Source of the DNA: an uncultured Sphingomonadales bacterium
GTDB lineage: Bacteria; Pseudomonadota; Alphaproteobacteria; Sphingomonadales; Sphingomonadaceae
Direction of reading: 5' to 3'
DNA: 52,510 nucleotides
Assembly (NCBI GenBank): GCA_937881525.1
Contig: CALGEE010000070.1
Location: forward strand, 1-52,510
In this document: in pieces, positions 8,398 through 17,751 of the stretch
How positions within the stretch are numbered: the stretch's first letter is position 1
Layout: each line of letters begins with the position of its first letter
Notes under the pieces: generated by a model
Told to the model about the DNA's origin: nothing
What the model saw: the letters and a program-made list of their open reading frames with translations, nothing else
The model's database searches: none
Made by a program: the position numbers and the translations under genes

Positions 8398-9818
8398 AAG
8401 TCATCAACCCACGCACCGGCAAGGCGGATTATGAGATCGATCCTCTGGATGCGGATGCGCTGACCAAGCTGACCGCCCGGATGCGGGAGGCGCAAAAGGG
8501 CTGGGCTGCTCGTCCGCCCGAAGAACGCGGCGCGACCCTGATGAAATTGGGCGAAGCAATTGGCAAGCACCATGCGGCGATTGCGGACGCGCTGACTAAT
8601 GATACCGGGCGCAAAGCGATCAGCCAAATGGAGACGGCGGGTATCCCGGGCTCGCTGGCGCGTTGGGCCAAAGCCGCGCCGGAGCTGATCGCCCGGCATA
8701 GCGTGACGGGTTATCAGACCGTCCACCCGACGATCACTACCAATACGCGGTTGATGCCCTATTCGCTGGTGGGGGTAATCAGCCCATGGAACTTTCCGCT
8801 CACGCTCGCGCTGATCGACGCGGTGCCCGCCCTAATGGCGGGCTGTGCGGCGATCATCAAGCCATCTGAAGTCACCCCCCGCTTCATCCGCCCGCTGATG
8901 GCGGCAGTGGCCGAAGTACCGGAGTTGACTGATGTGCTGTCGCTTGTCGAAGGCGATGGTGCAACCGGCGCGGCACTCGTTCCGCTTATGGACTATGTCG
9001 CTTTCACTGGCTCCGTCGCCACCGGCCGCAAGGTCGGGGAGGCCGCCGCCAAAGCCTTCATACCCGTCAGTCTCGAACTGGGCGGCAAGGATCCGATGAT
9101 CATCCTCGCCAGTGCCAATCCGGAAAAGGCAGCCGAAACCGCGCTCCGCGCTTCCATCGTCAACACCGGCCAAGCCTGCCAATCGATTGAACGGGTCTTT
9201 GTCGCAAAGGAAATTATCGCCCCCTTCATGACCGCGTTAGTCGAAAAAGCCGAAAAGGTGGAGCTGAACTATCCGGACATCAATCACGGGCATATCGGAC
9301 CATTCATATTTGCCAAACAGGCAGCCATTGTTCAAGCTCAAATTGATGACGCCATTGCCAAGGGTGCCGAGGTGCATTGCGGCGGCAAGGTGGAAAATCT
9401 GGGCGGCGGGATGTACCTGCGGCCCACCGTCATTTCCAACGTGACGCGGCAAATGTCGGTCATTGCCGAGGAAACCTTTGGCCCCGTTATTCCCGTCCGC
9501 GCCTTTGACAGCGTGGAAGAGGCACTGATGATGGCCAATGACGGGATCTACGGTCTCTCAGGCGCAGTGATCGCCGGGACGCTGGAGGAAGCCGAAGCGG
9601 TTGGCATCCGACTGAATGTCGGCGGTGTTTCGCTGAACGATGGCTCGCTCACCTCAATGGTCTGGGAAGCGGAGAAATCCAGTTTCGGCCTATCCGGCAT
9701 GGGCGCAAGCCGGATGGGTGACAGCGGCCTGATGCGTTTCTTCCGGCGGCAGGCGATTATCAAACAGGCGGGGGCTCCCGCGCCAATCGCTGCTTTTGCT
9801 GAAGGGTCAAAGAGATGA
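8394..9818 (+). CDS. NAD(P)-dependent aldehyde dehydrogenase
   Basis: ISPWNFP, FTGSVATG, LELGGKDP, GQACQS and EETFGP motifs. ATGA-coupled start at 8394. Confidence 0.95.
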   Translation: MKVINPRTGKADYEIDPLDADALTKLTARMREAQKGWAARPPEERGATLMKLGEAIGKHHAAIADALTNDTGRKAISQMETAGIPGSLARWAKAAPELIARHSVTGYQTVHPTITTNTRLMPYSLVGVISPWNFPLTLALIDAVPALMAGCAAIIKPSEVTPRFIRPLMAAVAEVPELTDVLSLVEGDGATGAALVPLMDYVAFTGSVATGRKVGEAAAKAFIPVSLELGGKDPMIILASANPEKAAETALRASIVNTGQACQSIERVFVAKEIIAPFMTALVEKAEKVELNYPDINHGHIGPFIFAKQAAIVQAQIDDAIAKGAEVHCGGKVENLGGGMYLRPTVISNVTRQMSVIAEETFGPVIPVRAFDSVEEALMMANDGIYGLSGAVIAGTLEEAEAVGIRLNVGGVSLNDGSLTSMVWEAEKSSFGLSGMGASRMGDSGLMRFFRRQAIIKQAGAPAPIAAFAEGSKR

Positions 9819-10834
9819 TGAGGGCATTTGAAATGGGTCCGCAGGGTGGGCTGTCGAGCCTGCGTTCCGCCAATCGCCCGATACCCGAGCCCGCCGCTAA
9901 TGAGTTGCTGCTGAAGGTGCATGCCGCCTGCCTCAACCACCGCGACCTGCTCGCGCTCAAGGGGCAATATGGTGCTATCAAACCCGAGGACCGCGTTCCC
10001 CTATCCGATGGCGTCGGCACGATTGTTGGCATGGGCAACGCAGTCTCAGGCTTCAGCGAAGGCCAGCGGATTGTCGCACCGCATTTTGTCAGCTGGATAC
10101 ACGGCCTCTACAGCCCTGCCATCTTCGCGCAGGATCTGGGGATTAGCCGCAATGGCTGGCTGGCCGAATATATCACCATTCCGGCGGACGCCGCAATTGT
10201 CGTGCCGGACAATGTCAACACTGAAAGCGCTGCAACGCTAGCCGCTGCAGCCACCACGGCTTGGCATTGCATGGTTTCCTTTGGCGGACTGAAACCCAGC
10301 GATCTCGTTCTGGTTCCTGGAACAGGTGGGGTGTCCATCGTCACCCTGCAACTCGCCAAGGCCATGGGCGCCCAAGTCGTCATCACGTCGTCGAGCGATG
10401 AAAAGCTGGAGACATGCCGCGCAATAGGCGCCGACTTTACCGTCAACTATCGCAGCCATAGCGATTGGCCCAAGGCGCTTCTCGAAGCCACTGGAGGCCG
10501 CGCTGCGGATATTGTCGTCGATACCGTTGGCCTCGCCAGCATTGAACAAACCATCGATGCCAGCGCCCCCAATGGGCGCATTGCCCTTATTGGTGGTCTT
10601 GCGGGTATGATTGACAAATCCCCCAATATGTCCGGCATATTGGGCAAAAACCTGACGCTGAAAGGAATCACCTCAGGCAGCCGCGCAATGATGCAAGAGA
10701 TGCTCAATCTGGTCGCCGAAAAGGGCATCGAGCCGCTGGTCGACAGCCGTTTCGCCTCCGACGACGCTCCTGCCGCCTTCGCCCATTTGACCAGCGGCAA
10801 TCACATGGGCAAGGTGATGATCACTTTCACATGA
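9815..10834 (+). CDS. MDR-family (zinc-type alcohol dehydrogenase-like) NAD(P)-dependent oxidoreductase
   Basis: LNHRDL, PLSDGVG, GTGGVS and HMGKVMI motifs. Confidence 0.9.
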   Translation: MMRAFEMGPQGGLSSLRSANRPIPEPAANELLLKVHAACLNHRDLLALKGQYGAIKPEDRVPLSDGVGTIVGMGNAVSGFSEGQRIVAPHFVSWIHGLYSPAIFAQDLGISRNGWLAEYITIPADAAIVVPDNVNTESAATLAAAATTAWHCMVSFGGLKPSDLVLVPGTGGVSIVTLQLAKAMGAQVVITSSSDEKLETCRAIGADFTVNYRSHSDWPKALLEATGGRAADIVVDTVGLASIEQTIDASAPNGRIALIGGLAGMIDKSPNMSGILGKNLTLKGITSGSRAMMQEMLNLVAEKGIEPLVDSRFASDDAPAAFAHLTSGNHMGKVMITFT

Positions 10835-11363
10835 TGAATACTGTTCCTAAGACTATTTCGCCTCGGCTTGCAGCATTTTGTGCATCCATAGCGTCAGCTC
10901 GTCCCATCTTTGTGAACTCAAAGCCATCCAGCGATGCAAAGCCGAGTTTCTGTTTCGACAATGTGAAATTGAAAATGGAGCGAGCAGGCGGCTCCGTGCA
11001 GTACGGGTGGTCATTTGGCAGCTAGGCAACATCTACTTTGAGGCCGAACATCATGGGGTCTGGATCAAACGCAACTGAGAGCTTTTGGACGTAAGCCCTC
11101 AGATTAATCAGGCTCGCAGAATATTGTTCTTGCCAGACCCAAATCAGGTTTTTGACCCGAACGAGCGGAAAAAGAACCTATTCGGCGTCGCTTCTGATGA
11201 TCCCGAGGCGCACAAGTTTGTTCAACTTGCCCGAGAACGCTATGATATTTATCATGAATATCGAAAAACCGGCGCTAGGGAAGTGTACATTTCAGATGCT
11301 GATCGACAGAGAATATTTGTCATTGAAAAAGCAATGCGCCAAATTCTGTCGAGAATATTTTAG
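10831..11363 (+). pseudogene. Frameshifted and nonsense-disrupted hypothetical gene (CFDNV...EAEHHGVW...DVSP...ILFLPD family)
   Basis: Three ORF pieces join into one protein: ...FCFDNV...GGSVQYGW, frameshift near 11010, IWQLGNIYFEAEHHGVWIKRN, TGA 11076-11078, then ELLDVSPQ...ILFLPDP. Confidence 0.75.
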
Positions 11364-12088
11364 CGCCGTAGCTCCACCAACTCATACCAAGTCATCATAT
11401 AGCCACCCACGCCGCCCTGGACGAAAATGCCGTCCTCATCGTTGGTGATCCAGACATCATAGGGCGGGTGCTCGCCGGCCATGCCGCCTGTGCCGGGGAC
11501 GATGCTGGGATCATCGGTAAACTGGAAGTGCCTACACTGGAATGTACCTGCCGCAACAGTCACTTCCTCCTTGCCCAGATAAAGCGCGCCGATTTTAACT
11601 TGGGCAATTTGCGGCGGGGTTGCGCCGCGGTGGTCGGGAGAGGGGAGATAGCAATTGAGCAGGCGTTTATCGGTCGTTTCCCAGTCCTGATAGGATAGCA
11701 TATAGCCATCGGATACGATCGGGTGCGTGCCAAAGCCCGCCATCGGCAATTCGGCCCTTACCTTTTCCGACAGGCGGCCGATGGAGGGACCGAAGCTTTC
11801 GCATTCGATATGCTCGCCATCAAAGCGCATCCAGCCTGAACCCATAAATTCATCGCCGACCGTCAAATGGACGTGGAGGTTCATCGGTTGCTTATGCTCG
11901 TCCATGGCGTAGACGATATCGCGCATCACCATCGGGTCGGGTTCGTAAATCTCGCAATGCGCGCGCATGATCACTTTGCCATCGCCATGATGGGTGAACA
12001 TGAAGCTTTCAAAGCCGCGATTCTTCCCCTCCATGCCGGGCTTGCGCGAGGTATATTCCAAACGCCCTTCGATAATCCGGTGTTTCAT
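11360..12088 (-). CDS. Conserved hypothetical beta-rich protein (VTVAAGTFQC motif, DUF3108-like)
   Basis: 242 aa ORF with a good RBS (AAGGAAGGAGA), directly downstream of operator 2. Confidence 0.7.
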   Translation of the reverse strand: MKHRIIEGRLEYTSRKPGMEGKNRGFESFMFTHHGDGKVIMRAHCEIYEPDPMVMRDIVYAMDEHKQPMNLHVHLTVGDEFMGSGWMRFDGEHIECESFGPSIGRLSEKVRAELPMAGFGTHPIVSDGYMLSYQDWETTDKRLLNCYLPSPDHRGATPPQIAQVKIGALYLGKEEVTVAAGTFQCRHFQFTDDPSIVPGTGGMAGEHPPYDVWITNDEDGIFVQGGVGGYMMTWYELVELRR

Positions 12089-12145
12089 GCGCCGCTCTCC
12101 TTCCTTTTAATCCATAGCGCACATTTTTCGCTTGCCAAGTCAAAG

Positions 12146-12157
12146 TTGTCCGGACAA
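12146..12157. promoter_or_regulatory. Putative GntR operator 2, TTGTCCGGACAA
   Basis: Perfect palindrome in the divergent intergenic region 12089-12190. Confidence 0.85.
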
Positions 12158-12190
12158 ATTAGCGATAGGGAATTTGGGAGGAGCGGAAAA

Positions 12191-12883
12191 ATGGAATTTC
12201 TGGCGGCGAATGAATTGGCGATCCTGCGCTGGATCCATATATTGGCGATGGTCTATTGGCTGGGCGGCGAATGGGGTGTGTTCCAGACCAGCTATCATGT
12301 CACCAACCACAAGCTGCCGCTGGACGAGCGCAAGCGGCATATGGAAACGGCCTACCGCATCGACATATTGGCGCGCACAGGCATTGTGCTGTTGCTGCCG
12401 CTCGGGCTGCATATGGGCAAGCTTTTTGGCTTTGTTCCGATGCTGGAGGGGGCAAGCATCTGGCTGATGTGGCTGTTCTTCGCGGTCTGGCTGGGAATGA
12501 CATGGACCGCCTTCATCAAACGCGAGACCGATATCGGCATCAAGGTAACGCGCATTGAGGAGTATCTTCGCTATCCCTTGATTGCCGCACTCGTGATCAC
12601 CAGCCTCATGGCTTTTGGTGGCAGCGGCCCGATCCAGAGCGGAGAGGGCAATCATTGGTATCCGGCCAAGATGATCCTCTATGCCTTTGCGCTTTGCATT
12701 GGCCTGTTCCTGCGCCTTGTCATGCGCCGCTGGACCGAGCGGTTCCGGATATTGGCGATGGGGCCCGATGAGGCCCAGGAAGCCGCACTCACCCGCGAAA
12801 TCGGGCAGGCGCGCATTGCTGCCTATATCTACTGGATCACCATCGCGGGAGTGTGTTTTCTGGGGGCGGTTAAACCCTTCTGA
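12191..12883 (+). CDS. Integral membrane protein (about 6 TM helices) of unknown function
   Basis: GGAGGAG RBS before ATG 12191. Multiple hydrophobic helices, with WIHILAMVYWLGG in TM1. Confidence 0.75.
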   Translation: MEFLAANELAILRWIHILAMVYWLGGEWGVFQTSYHVTNHKLPLDERKRHMETAYRIDILARTGIVLLLPLGLHMGKLFGFVPMLEGASIWLMWLFFAVWLGMTWTAFIKRETDIGIKVTRIEEYLRYPLIAALVITSLMAFGGSGPIQSGEGNHWYPAKMILYAFALCIGLFLRLVMRRWTERFRILAMGPDEAQEAALTREIGQARIAAYIYWITIAGVCFLGAVKPF

Positions 12884-12908
12884 TAAGCAAGATGAATTGG
12901 TGCGGGTA

Positions 12909-13442
12909 GTGCAACATATCTTTCGTAAAATTCTTTTGGCATTTGTCGCCGTTTGTCTGATCGCCGGACCGGCTCTCGCTCAAGATAAAGGAACGGCACG
13001 CTTTGATCGAACGGCATTGGTCATCAAAGATATGTATGCATCCATGGCATTCTGGCGTGATATTATGAAGTTTGAAGTCGTTATCGAACCTGTGATTCTA
13101 CCCAAAGCGGAAAATAAGGCGATCGGCTGGAGCGATCAGGCAGACGTGCGCTTTGCACGCTTGCAGTCACCCCAAGGTGCCGGGATCGCATTGCTGGAAG
13201 TGAAGCAAGATGGATATCATGACTTGGAAATTGCTTATAAACCCGTCGCTTATGGCGGCGTCGTCCTCGTTTTTGAGGCAAAGGACATTGACGCCCTATA
13301 CCAGCGCGCATTGAAAGCGGGCGCAGTGGCCAAGCATTTGGGGGCATCGCCATCCGGCAAGTCGAAGCAAATGAATCTTCGCGCGCCCAGCGGGCACCTG
13401 CTAGAGATTTATGAGTTTAATCCCGAAAAACCAGAATGGTAA
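12909..13442 (+). CDS. Secreted VOC/glyoxalase-family protein
   Basis: Signal peptide RKILLAFVAVCLIAGPALA-Q. VOC pattern RTALVIKDMYASMAFWRD...DIDALYQRA...APSGHLLEIYE. Start approximate (GTG 12900 or 12909). Confidence 0.75.
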   Translation: MQHIFRKILLAFVAVCLIAGPALAQDKGTARFDRTALVIKDMYASMAFWRDIMKFEVVIEPVILPKAENKAIGWSDQADVRFARLQSPQGAGIALLEVKQDGYHDLEIAYKPVAYGGVVLVFEAKDIDALYQRALKAGAVAKHLGASPSGKSKQMNLRAPSGHLLEIYEFNPEKPEW

Positions 13443-13460
13443 GGCGCTTCGCGGCTTGAC

Positions 13461-13823
13461 CTAAATTTCTTTAAGTTCCCGGCTCACGTCTTCAATCGGG
13501 GGCTCCTGTTCTTGCAGGGACTCCATCGCCTGAATCGGTCCGCGCATCACGCGCAGGATATATTCGCGGATCAGCGCACCGCGTTCAAAGCCGGCCTCGC
13601 GGTCGGGTGCAAAATTTTCGATGTCGTCGCGGCTGATTGTGCCCTTCTCGTCAAGGAGACGCTCGACCGTATCGAGCCGGGTGCGCAACACTGAAACCTC
13701 GCCGACCAGCGCGATCAGGATCGAGTAAATCCGGTCGTCTTCGGGCTCATCGAAAAACTCAGGCCGCTTGCCTTTGGCCTTCTTGTTCGCAAGCGCCATC
13801 CAGTCGAGCGGGCTATCGCTCAT
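13461..13823 (-). CDS. Small conserved hypothetical helical protein coupled to the methyltransferase
   Basis: ATGA overlap with the methyltransferase stop. AKGKRPEFF...EVSVLRTRLDTVERLL coiled-coil-like segment. Confidence 0.7.
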   Translation of the reverse strand: MSDSPLDWMALANKKAKGKRPEFFDEPEDDRIYSILIALVGEVSVLRTRLDTVERLLDEKGTISRDDIENFAPDREAGFERGALIREYILRVMRGPIQAMESLQEQEPPIEDVSRELKEI

Positions 13824-15046
13824 GCAGGCTTGCCGCCTTTCCACGCGCCATAAGCGTTCCATACCGCCGCGCGGCCATGGTCTTCGGCTTCACCGGTTGG
13901 TGCTTCTGGGAAGATGCTGCGGTCAACTACCGCGCGCACGCCGGTGACGAACAACTCTTCCTTGGCAAAGCCCGACTTCTGCATGATGCCTTTCAGGTCA
14001 AGTGCGTGCATGGCTGACCAGAAGGGTTCATTATTGTTGAACGCATCCCAGTCGCGGATGAACTGCTCATAAAGCGGCATTTCGTCCGAATATTGTGGCT
14101 GTTCCAGATGCAGCATTAGCCCGCCCTCGGCCAGCACACGATATCCCTCCTCGATGATTCGGGGCAGCGCCTTGCCGCTGGTTTCGTGCAGGAACATGGT
14201 TGTCTGCACCCAGTCAAAATGGCCGTACTCATAGCGTGACAGGTCTTTGGCATTCATCTGGATGAATTTGATATTCTTGGCGCCGAGCGATTGCGCCCGG
14301 GCATGGCCGTATCGCAGCGATGGAGCGGCGGTGTCGATTGCTATGATTTCGGTTTCTGGGAAGGCTAGGGCCACTGGCACGATATTATGGCCAATGGTGC
14401 AACCGATATCGAGGATGCGCCTTGGCGTCCAACCGGGCCGCTCTTTCCTAATCCAATCGGCGAGCGCCGCCCCGCCACCATCGGATAGCGCGCCAAGCCC
14501 GCCTGCCGTGGTCGCGAAAATGCCGCAGTCATAATTGGCGCCTGCCGAGACATCGCCGGGGCGTTCCTCGCCATGATAGCTGCCGGGCATACAATGAATA
14601 TCGACTGCTGCCTGATAGCGCGGAACCTGCACATCGGGATTGAGCTCCAGCGTGTCGGGCGCGCTTTCATTGAGGGCGCGTGCCTTGGCATCAAGCTCAT
14701 CTAGCTGCCGCAACACCATCGCGCGACCATTTTGCTGCCGCATCTCCATCGAATTGCGCTTGCTGGCGGACCAGATCTGGTGGAACGGATCCTTGTTCAT
14801 CGCATGGCGAATCTCAAAGCGATCCTTTGGCTCGCGGCCATGCTCTTTCTTGAAGGAGGGTAGCACGCGCTTGTCATAGGCCAGCTTGTTGCCCGGGCCG
14901 AGGGTGCCAGAAAGCACCTTGTTGAAGTTCGCCAAAAAGTCGAACCGCGCGGCCTCGTCATGGCTGGGTTTGGGCGATACGCCGTGCCGGGCCACCGCCT
15001 GATAGGGCGGGGCTACATCGACTGGGGCTTGGTTGTTCTTGCTCAT
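13820..15046 (-). CDS. Class I SAM-dependent methyltransferase with an N-terminal extension
   Basis: Motif I ILDIGCTIG, IDTAAPSL, FDWVQTTMFLHE and RVLAEGG. Confidence 0.85.
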   Translation of the reverse strand: MSKNNQAPVDVAPPYQAVARHGVSPKPSHDEAARFDFLANFNKVLSGTLGPGNKLAYDKRVLPSFKKEHGREPKDRFEIRHAMNKDPFHQIWSASKRNSMEMRQQNGRAMVLRQLDELDAKARALNESAPDTLELNPDVQVPRYQAAVDIHCMPGSYHGEERPGDVSAGANYDCGIFATTAGGLGALSDGGGAALADWIRKERPGWTPRRILDIGCTIGHNIVPVALAFPETEIIAIDTAAPSLRYGHARAQSLGAKNIKFIQMNAKDLSRYEYGHFDWVQTTMFLHETSGKALPRIIEEGYRVLAEGGLMLHLEQPQYSDEMPLYEQFIRDWDAFNNNEPFWSAMHALDLKGIMQKSGFAKEELFVTGVRAVVDRSIFPEAPTGEAEDHGRAAVWNAYGAWKGGKPA

Positions 15047-16185
15047 ATCAGGCCATCCTTGGCGAGGCGCTCGATGGTCGCCTCCATCGTTCTCACAAAA
15101 TAGTCGCGATCGGGCACTTTTACAGCCCCACCATCAATCAGGCCATTGGCTTGCTGATGGCTGTCGGTATCATAGGCAGCGGCGAACAGGGCATTGCGTT
15201 GGCGCGCCAGCATATTGGTCATGCCCGGCTTGCGGCGCGCTGCGCGCAGGGCCGAAATATCGACATCGGCAAAGGCGGTGAAGGTTTCCCCGCTGTTCGA
15301 TTCCGAGAGCACATTGCCCTTCCAGTCGACCACCATCGAATTGCCATCCGGGCCGCCGACTGGGATGCCAGTGTCGAGGATGCCCGCCGTGTTGGCTGAG
15401 ATAACATAGGCCATATTCTCAAAGGCCCGGGCGCGTTTGGCGATCATTTTGGGCGTTGCGATGGGCGATCCGATCTCGGACGAGTTGTGCACAAAAATCT
15501 CCGCCCCGCGCAGCGCATGGGCGCGGGCGATTTCAGGGTAGAGAATTTCCTCCGAGGCGATTGCCGAGAGATTGCCAATCTCGGTCTTCGCCACCGGGAA
15601 CACGCCATCTAGCCCATAAATATCGAGATATTTCGACCAGACATCATGCGGCGTCGGCGCGAACATCGAGTTCAATCGGCGATAACGCAGCACGACATTG
15701 CCATTGGGCCCGATGATGAAGCAGGTCTGGAAATAGATGCCGGGAAAATTCTTGTCCGCCTCATAGGCATTGCCCGACAGGAATAGCTTCTGCTCCTGCG
15801 CGATTTTGCCCAGCGCCTCATATTCCTGCCCGTCCACTTCGAGTGCTGCCTTTTCAGCAAAGTCCGGGATAGAGATGCGCCCTGGATAGCTGGTCAAGAC
15901 ATATTCGGGCAGCACCGCGAGCTTCACCGGCGCGCCGCCATATTGCTGGATGAAGATTACTGAAGACCGCAGCTTTGCGCCAATCTCCGGGATCATCGCC
16001 AGCATTTGCCTGCGTGCCGCTGCGCGGTCAGGCGCTTTCTCTATCGAGCGCGCTGCGATCTGAAGTGCGACAGCGGCATAGGTCTTCTTATCCGGCTCAT
16101 TATTTGACAAGGGGGCGGCCTCCAACGGTAACGGAAGCGCCGAAACCAACATTGCTGCCAAAGCCTGTCGTCGTTCGAGTTCCAA
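15043..16185 (-). CDS. Nitrilase / carbon-nitrogen hydrolase superfamily protein with a Tat-like signal and non-canonical triad
   Basis: LAVLPEY, YRRLNS, GNLSAIASEEILYPEIAR, ARAFENMAYVISAN and GNSMVVDWKG motifs. N-terminus ERRQALAAML...PLEA. TTG start with an AAGGTGA RBS. Confidence 0.85.
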   Translation of the reverse strand: MELERRQALAAMLVSALPLPLEAAPLSNNEPDKKTYAAVALQIAARSIEKAPDRAAARRQMLAMIPEIGAKLRSSVIFIQQYGGAPVKLAVLPEYVLTSYPGRISIPDFAEKAALEVDGQEYEALGKIAQEQKLFLSGNAYEADKNFPGIYFQTCFIIGPNGNVVLRYRRLNSMFAPTPHDVWSKYLDIYGLDGVFPVAKTEIGNLSAIASEEILYPEIARAHALRGAEIFVHNSSEIGSPIATPKMIAKRARAFENMAYVISANTAGILDTGIPVGGPDGNSMVVDWKGNVLSESNSGETFTAFADVDISALRAARRKPGMTNMLARQRNALFAAAYDTDSHQQANGLIDGGAVKVPDRDYFVRTMEATIERLAKDGLI

Positions 16186-16197
16186 ATTTCTTCACCT

Positions 16198-17751
16198 TTA
16201 TAACCCCAGCGACCCCGGGTTCATTTTACTCTGCGGGTCCAGATGGTCTTTAACTGCTTTGAGCAGTTTCATAGCGCGCGGGTCAAGTCCATCTTGGTAG
16301 CGATAGGTGCGGCCAATCTGGAAATGGATCGCGCCCTGCTCGAAAAAGAGATCGACAATCTTCTGTTTCAGTTTCTGTACCAAGGCCCATGCGGCGGGAT
16401 TGTGTGGCAGATTAGGTAGCTTTGCCAGATGGGCATCCTCGATCAGATCATCGATGAAGGGATTGCTGGCGTCGGGCCAGTAGAGGCAGGGCTCGATCAC
16501 GGTGCCGCTACCGCCGACCGCTGCGATCAACGTGCCGTGATGGACGCCGAGCGCATCCATTTCGTCCTGATGTTGTGCAAACAGGTTAAGGATTGCCTGA
16601 TAGCAGGCAACTGCCTTGCTGTGCGGCACCAGCCCATGGATCGGGGCCCAGCGCTCGCCCTCCGGCCCGCGCATCGAATTGGGGGGCGAAAAGGGGTTGG
16701 CGCGGACAATCTTGGGAATGGTGTTCTCGGTTTCCTTGCCGCCATGCTTCGCCACAATGAGGCGGGCTTCGGATATGTCGGCGTCTGCCGCTTCCTGGAT
16801 CCGGCCCTCGGCGAGCACGTGGAGCGAGAAGCTGGCTTCTTCCATGAAATTGCGGCCAGCGGCGACGACCTTCGCGCCTTCCTTTAGCGCCTTGAGCACC
16901 GAGCCCTGCTTTTTCATCATGCTGACCAACTGCTTGGCATCAGTCGCTAGGCTGTCGCGCCTCATCCGGATCGCATTCAGATTGGGGTCAAAGCCAAAAC
17001 ATTCGGTCGCAATTCCGGCGCGTTCGATACCGCCAATGGCGGACAGCACTTGCGCATGGGTGTCAAAGGTGAAGCTCACATAGCCATGCGCCTTAGCTTC
17101 GGGGACGAGGCGCAGCGTGATGCTTGCCTTCATCCCCATCGCGCCGGTATCGGCGAGGAATAATCCGGTCAGATCCGGGCCGTAGGGCCGGGAGAAATCG
17201 CTGCCTGTTTGCATGATCGTGCCGTCAGCCAGCACAACCTCCAGCGAGACGCAACTTTGCACAGCAGTGCCGTGGCGACCGGAGCCCCAGAAGATGCTGT
17301 TCTGGCTCATGCCGCCGCCGACCGATGCATAAATACCGGACAGCGTTCCCCAGAACGGCGTACGCAGGCTTTTGGGCTTCAGCGTCTCGTGCAGCTTCGC
17401 CCACGTGCATCCGGGTTCGACGGTGACCGTCATGTCGCTTTCGTTGATGTCGAGCACCCGGTCCATCTTGGCGAGGTCAAACAGGACAGCGCCTGCCGTC
17501 TTGCTCGTGTAGCCTCCGGTATAACTCATGCCACCGCCGCGCGGGATGACTTGCAGGCCGTGCGCGGTTGCGGTCGCGACCGATGCGGCCAGTTCACCCT
17601 TGTCATGCGGGCGCACGACCGCCGTAAGGTCGGCACCGCGTTCATAGACATCGTGCGCATAGTAATCGAGCGTGGCAGCATCGATCAGCACTTCTGCGCC
17701 GCTGGCCGCGAGTTTATCGAAAATGTTGGTGTTAGCCTTGCTTGCCATCAT
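16198..17751 (-). CDS. FAD-binding oxidoreductase (VAO/PCMH, GlcD/D-lactate dehydrogenase-like)
   Basis: VIPRGGGMSYTGG, ASVGG, LEVVLADG, GPDLTGLF and KDHLDPQSKMNPG motifs. Confidence 0.9.
   Translation of the reverse strand: MMASKANTNIFDKLAASGAEVLIDAATLDYYAHDVYERGADLTAVVRPHDKGELAASVATATAHGLQVIPRGGGMSYTGGYTSKTAGAVLFDLAKMDRVLDINESDMTVTVEPGCTWAKLHETLKPKSLRTPFWGTLSGIYASVGGGMSQNSIFWGSGRHGTAVQSCVSLEVVLADGTIMQTGSDFSRPYGPDLTGLFLADTGAMGMKASITLRLVPEAKAHGYVSFTFDTHAQVLSAIGGIERAGIATECFGFDPNLNAIRMRRDSLATDAKQLVSMMKKQGSVLKALKEGAKVVAAGRNFMEEASFSLHVLAEGRIQEAADADISEARLIVAKHGGKETENTIPKIVRANPFSPPNSMRGPEGERWAPIHGLVPHSKAVACYQAILNLFAQHQDEMDALGVHHGTLIAAVGGSGTVIEPCLYWPDASNPFIDDLIEDAHLAKLPNLPHNPAAWALVQKLKQKIVDLFFEQGAIHFQIGRTYRYQDGLDPRAMKLLKAVKDHLDPQSKMNPGSLGL

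Noticed and set aside
11867-12190. N-terminal extensions given by the ORF track (for example starts at 11867, 12681, 5805, 8346, 48535 and 20000)
   Set aside because: They overlap neighbouring genes or operators. Downstream starts with an RBS or ATGA coupling fit better.
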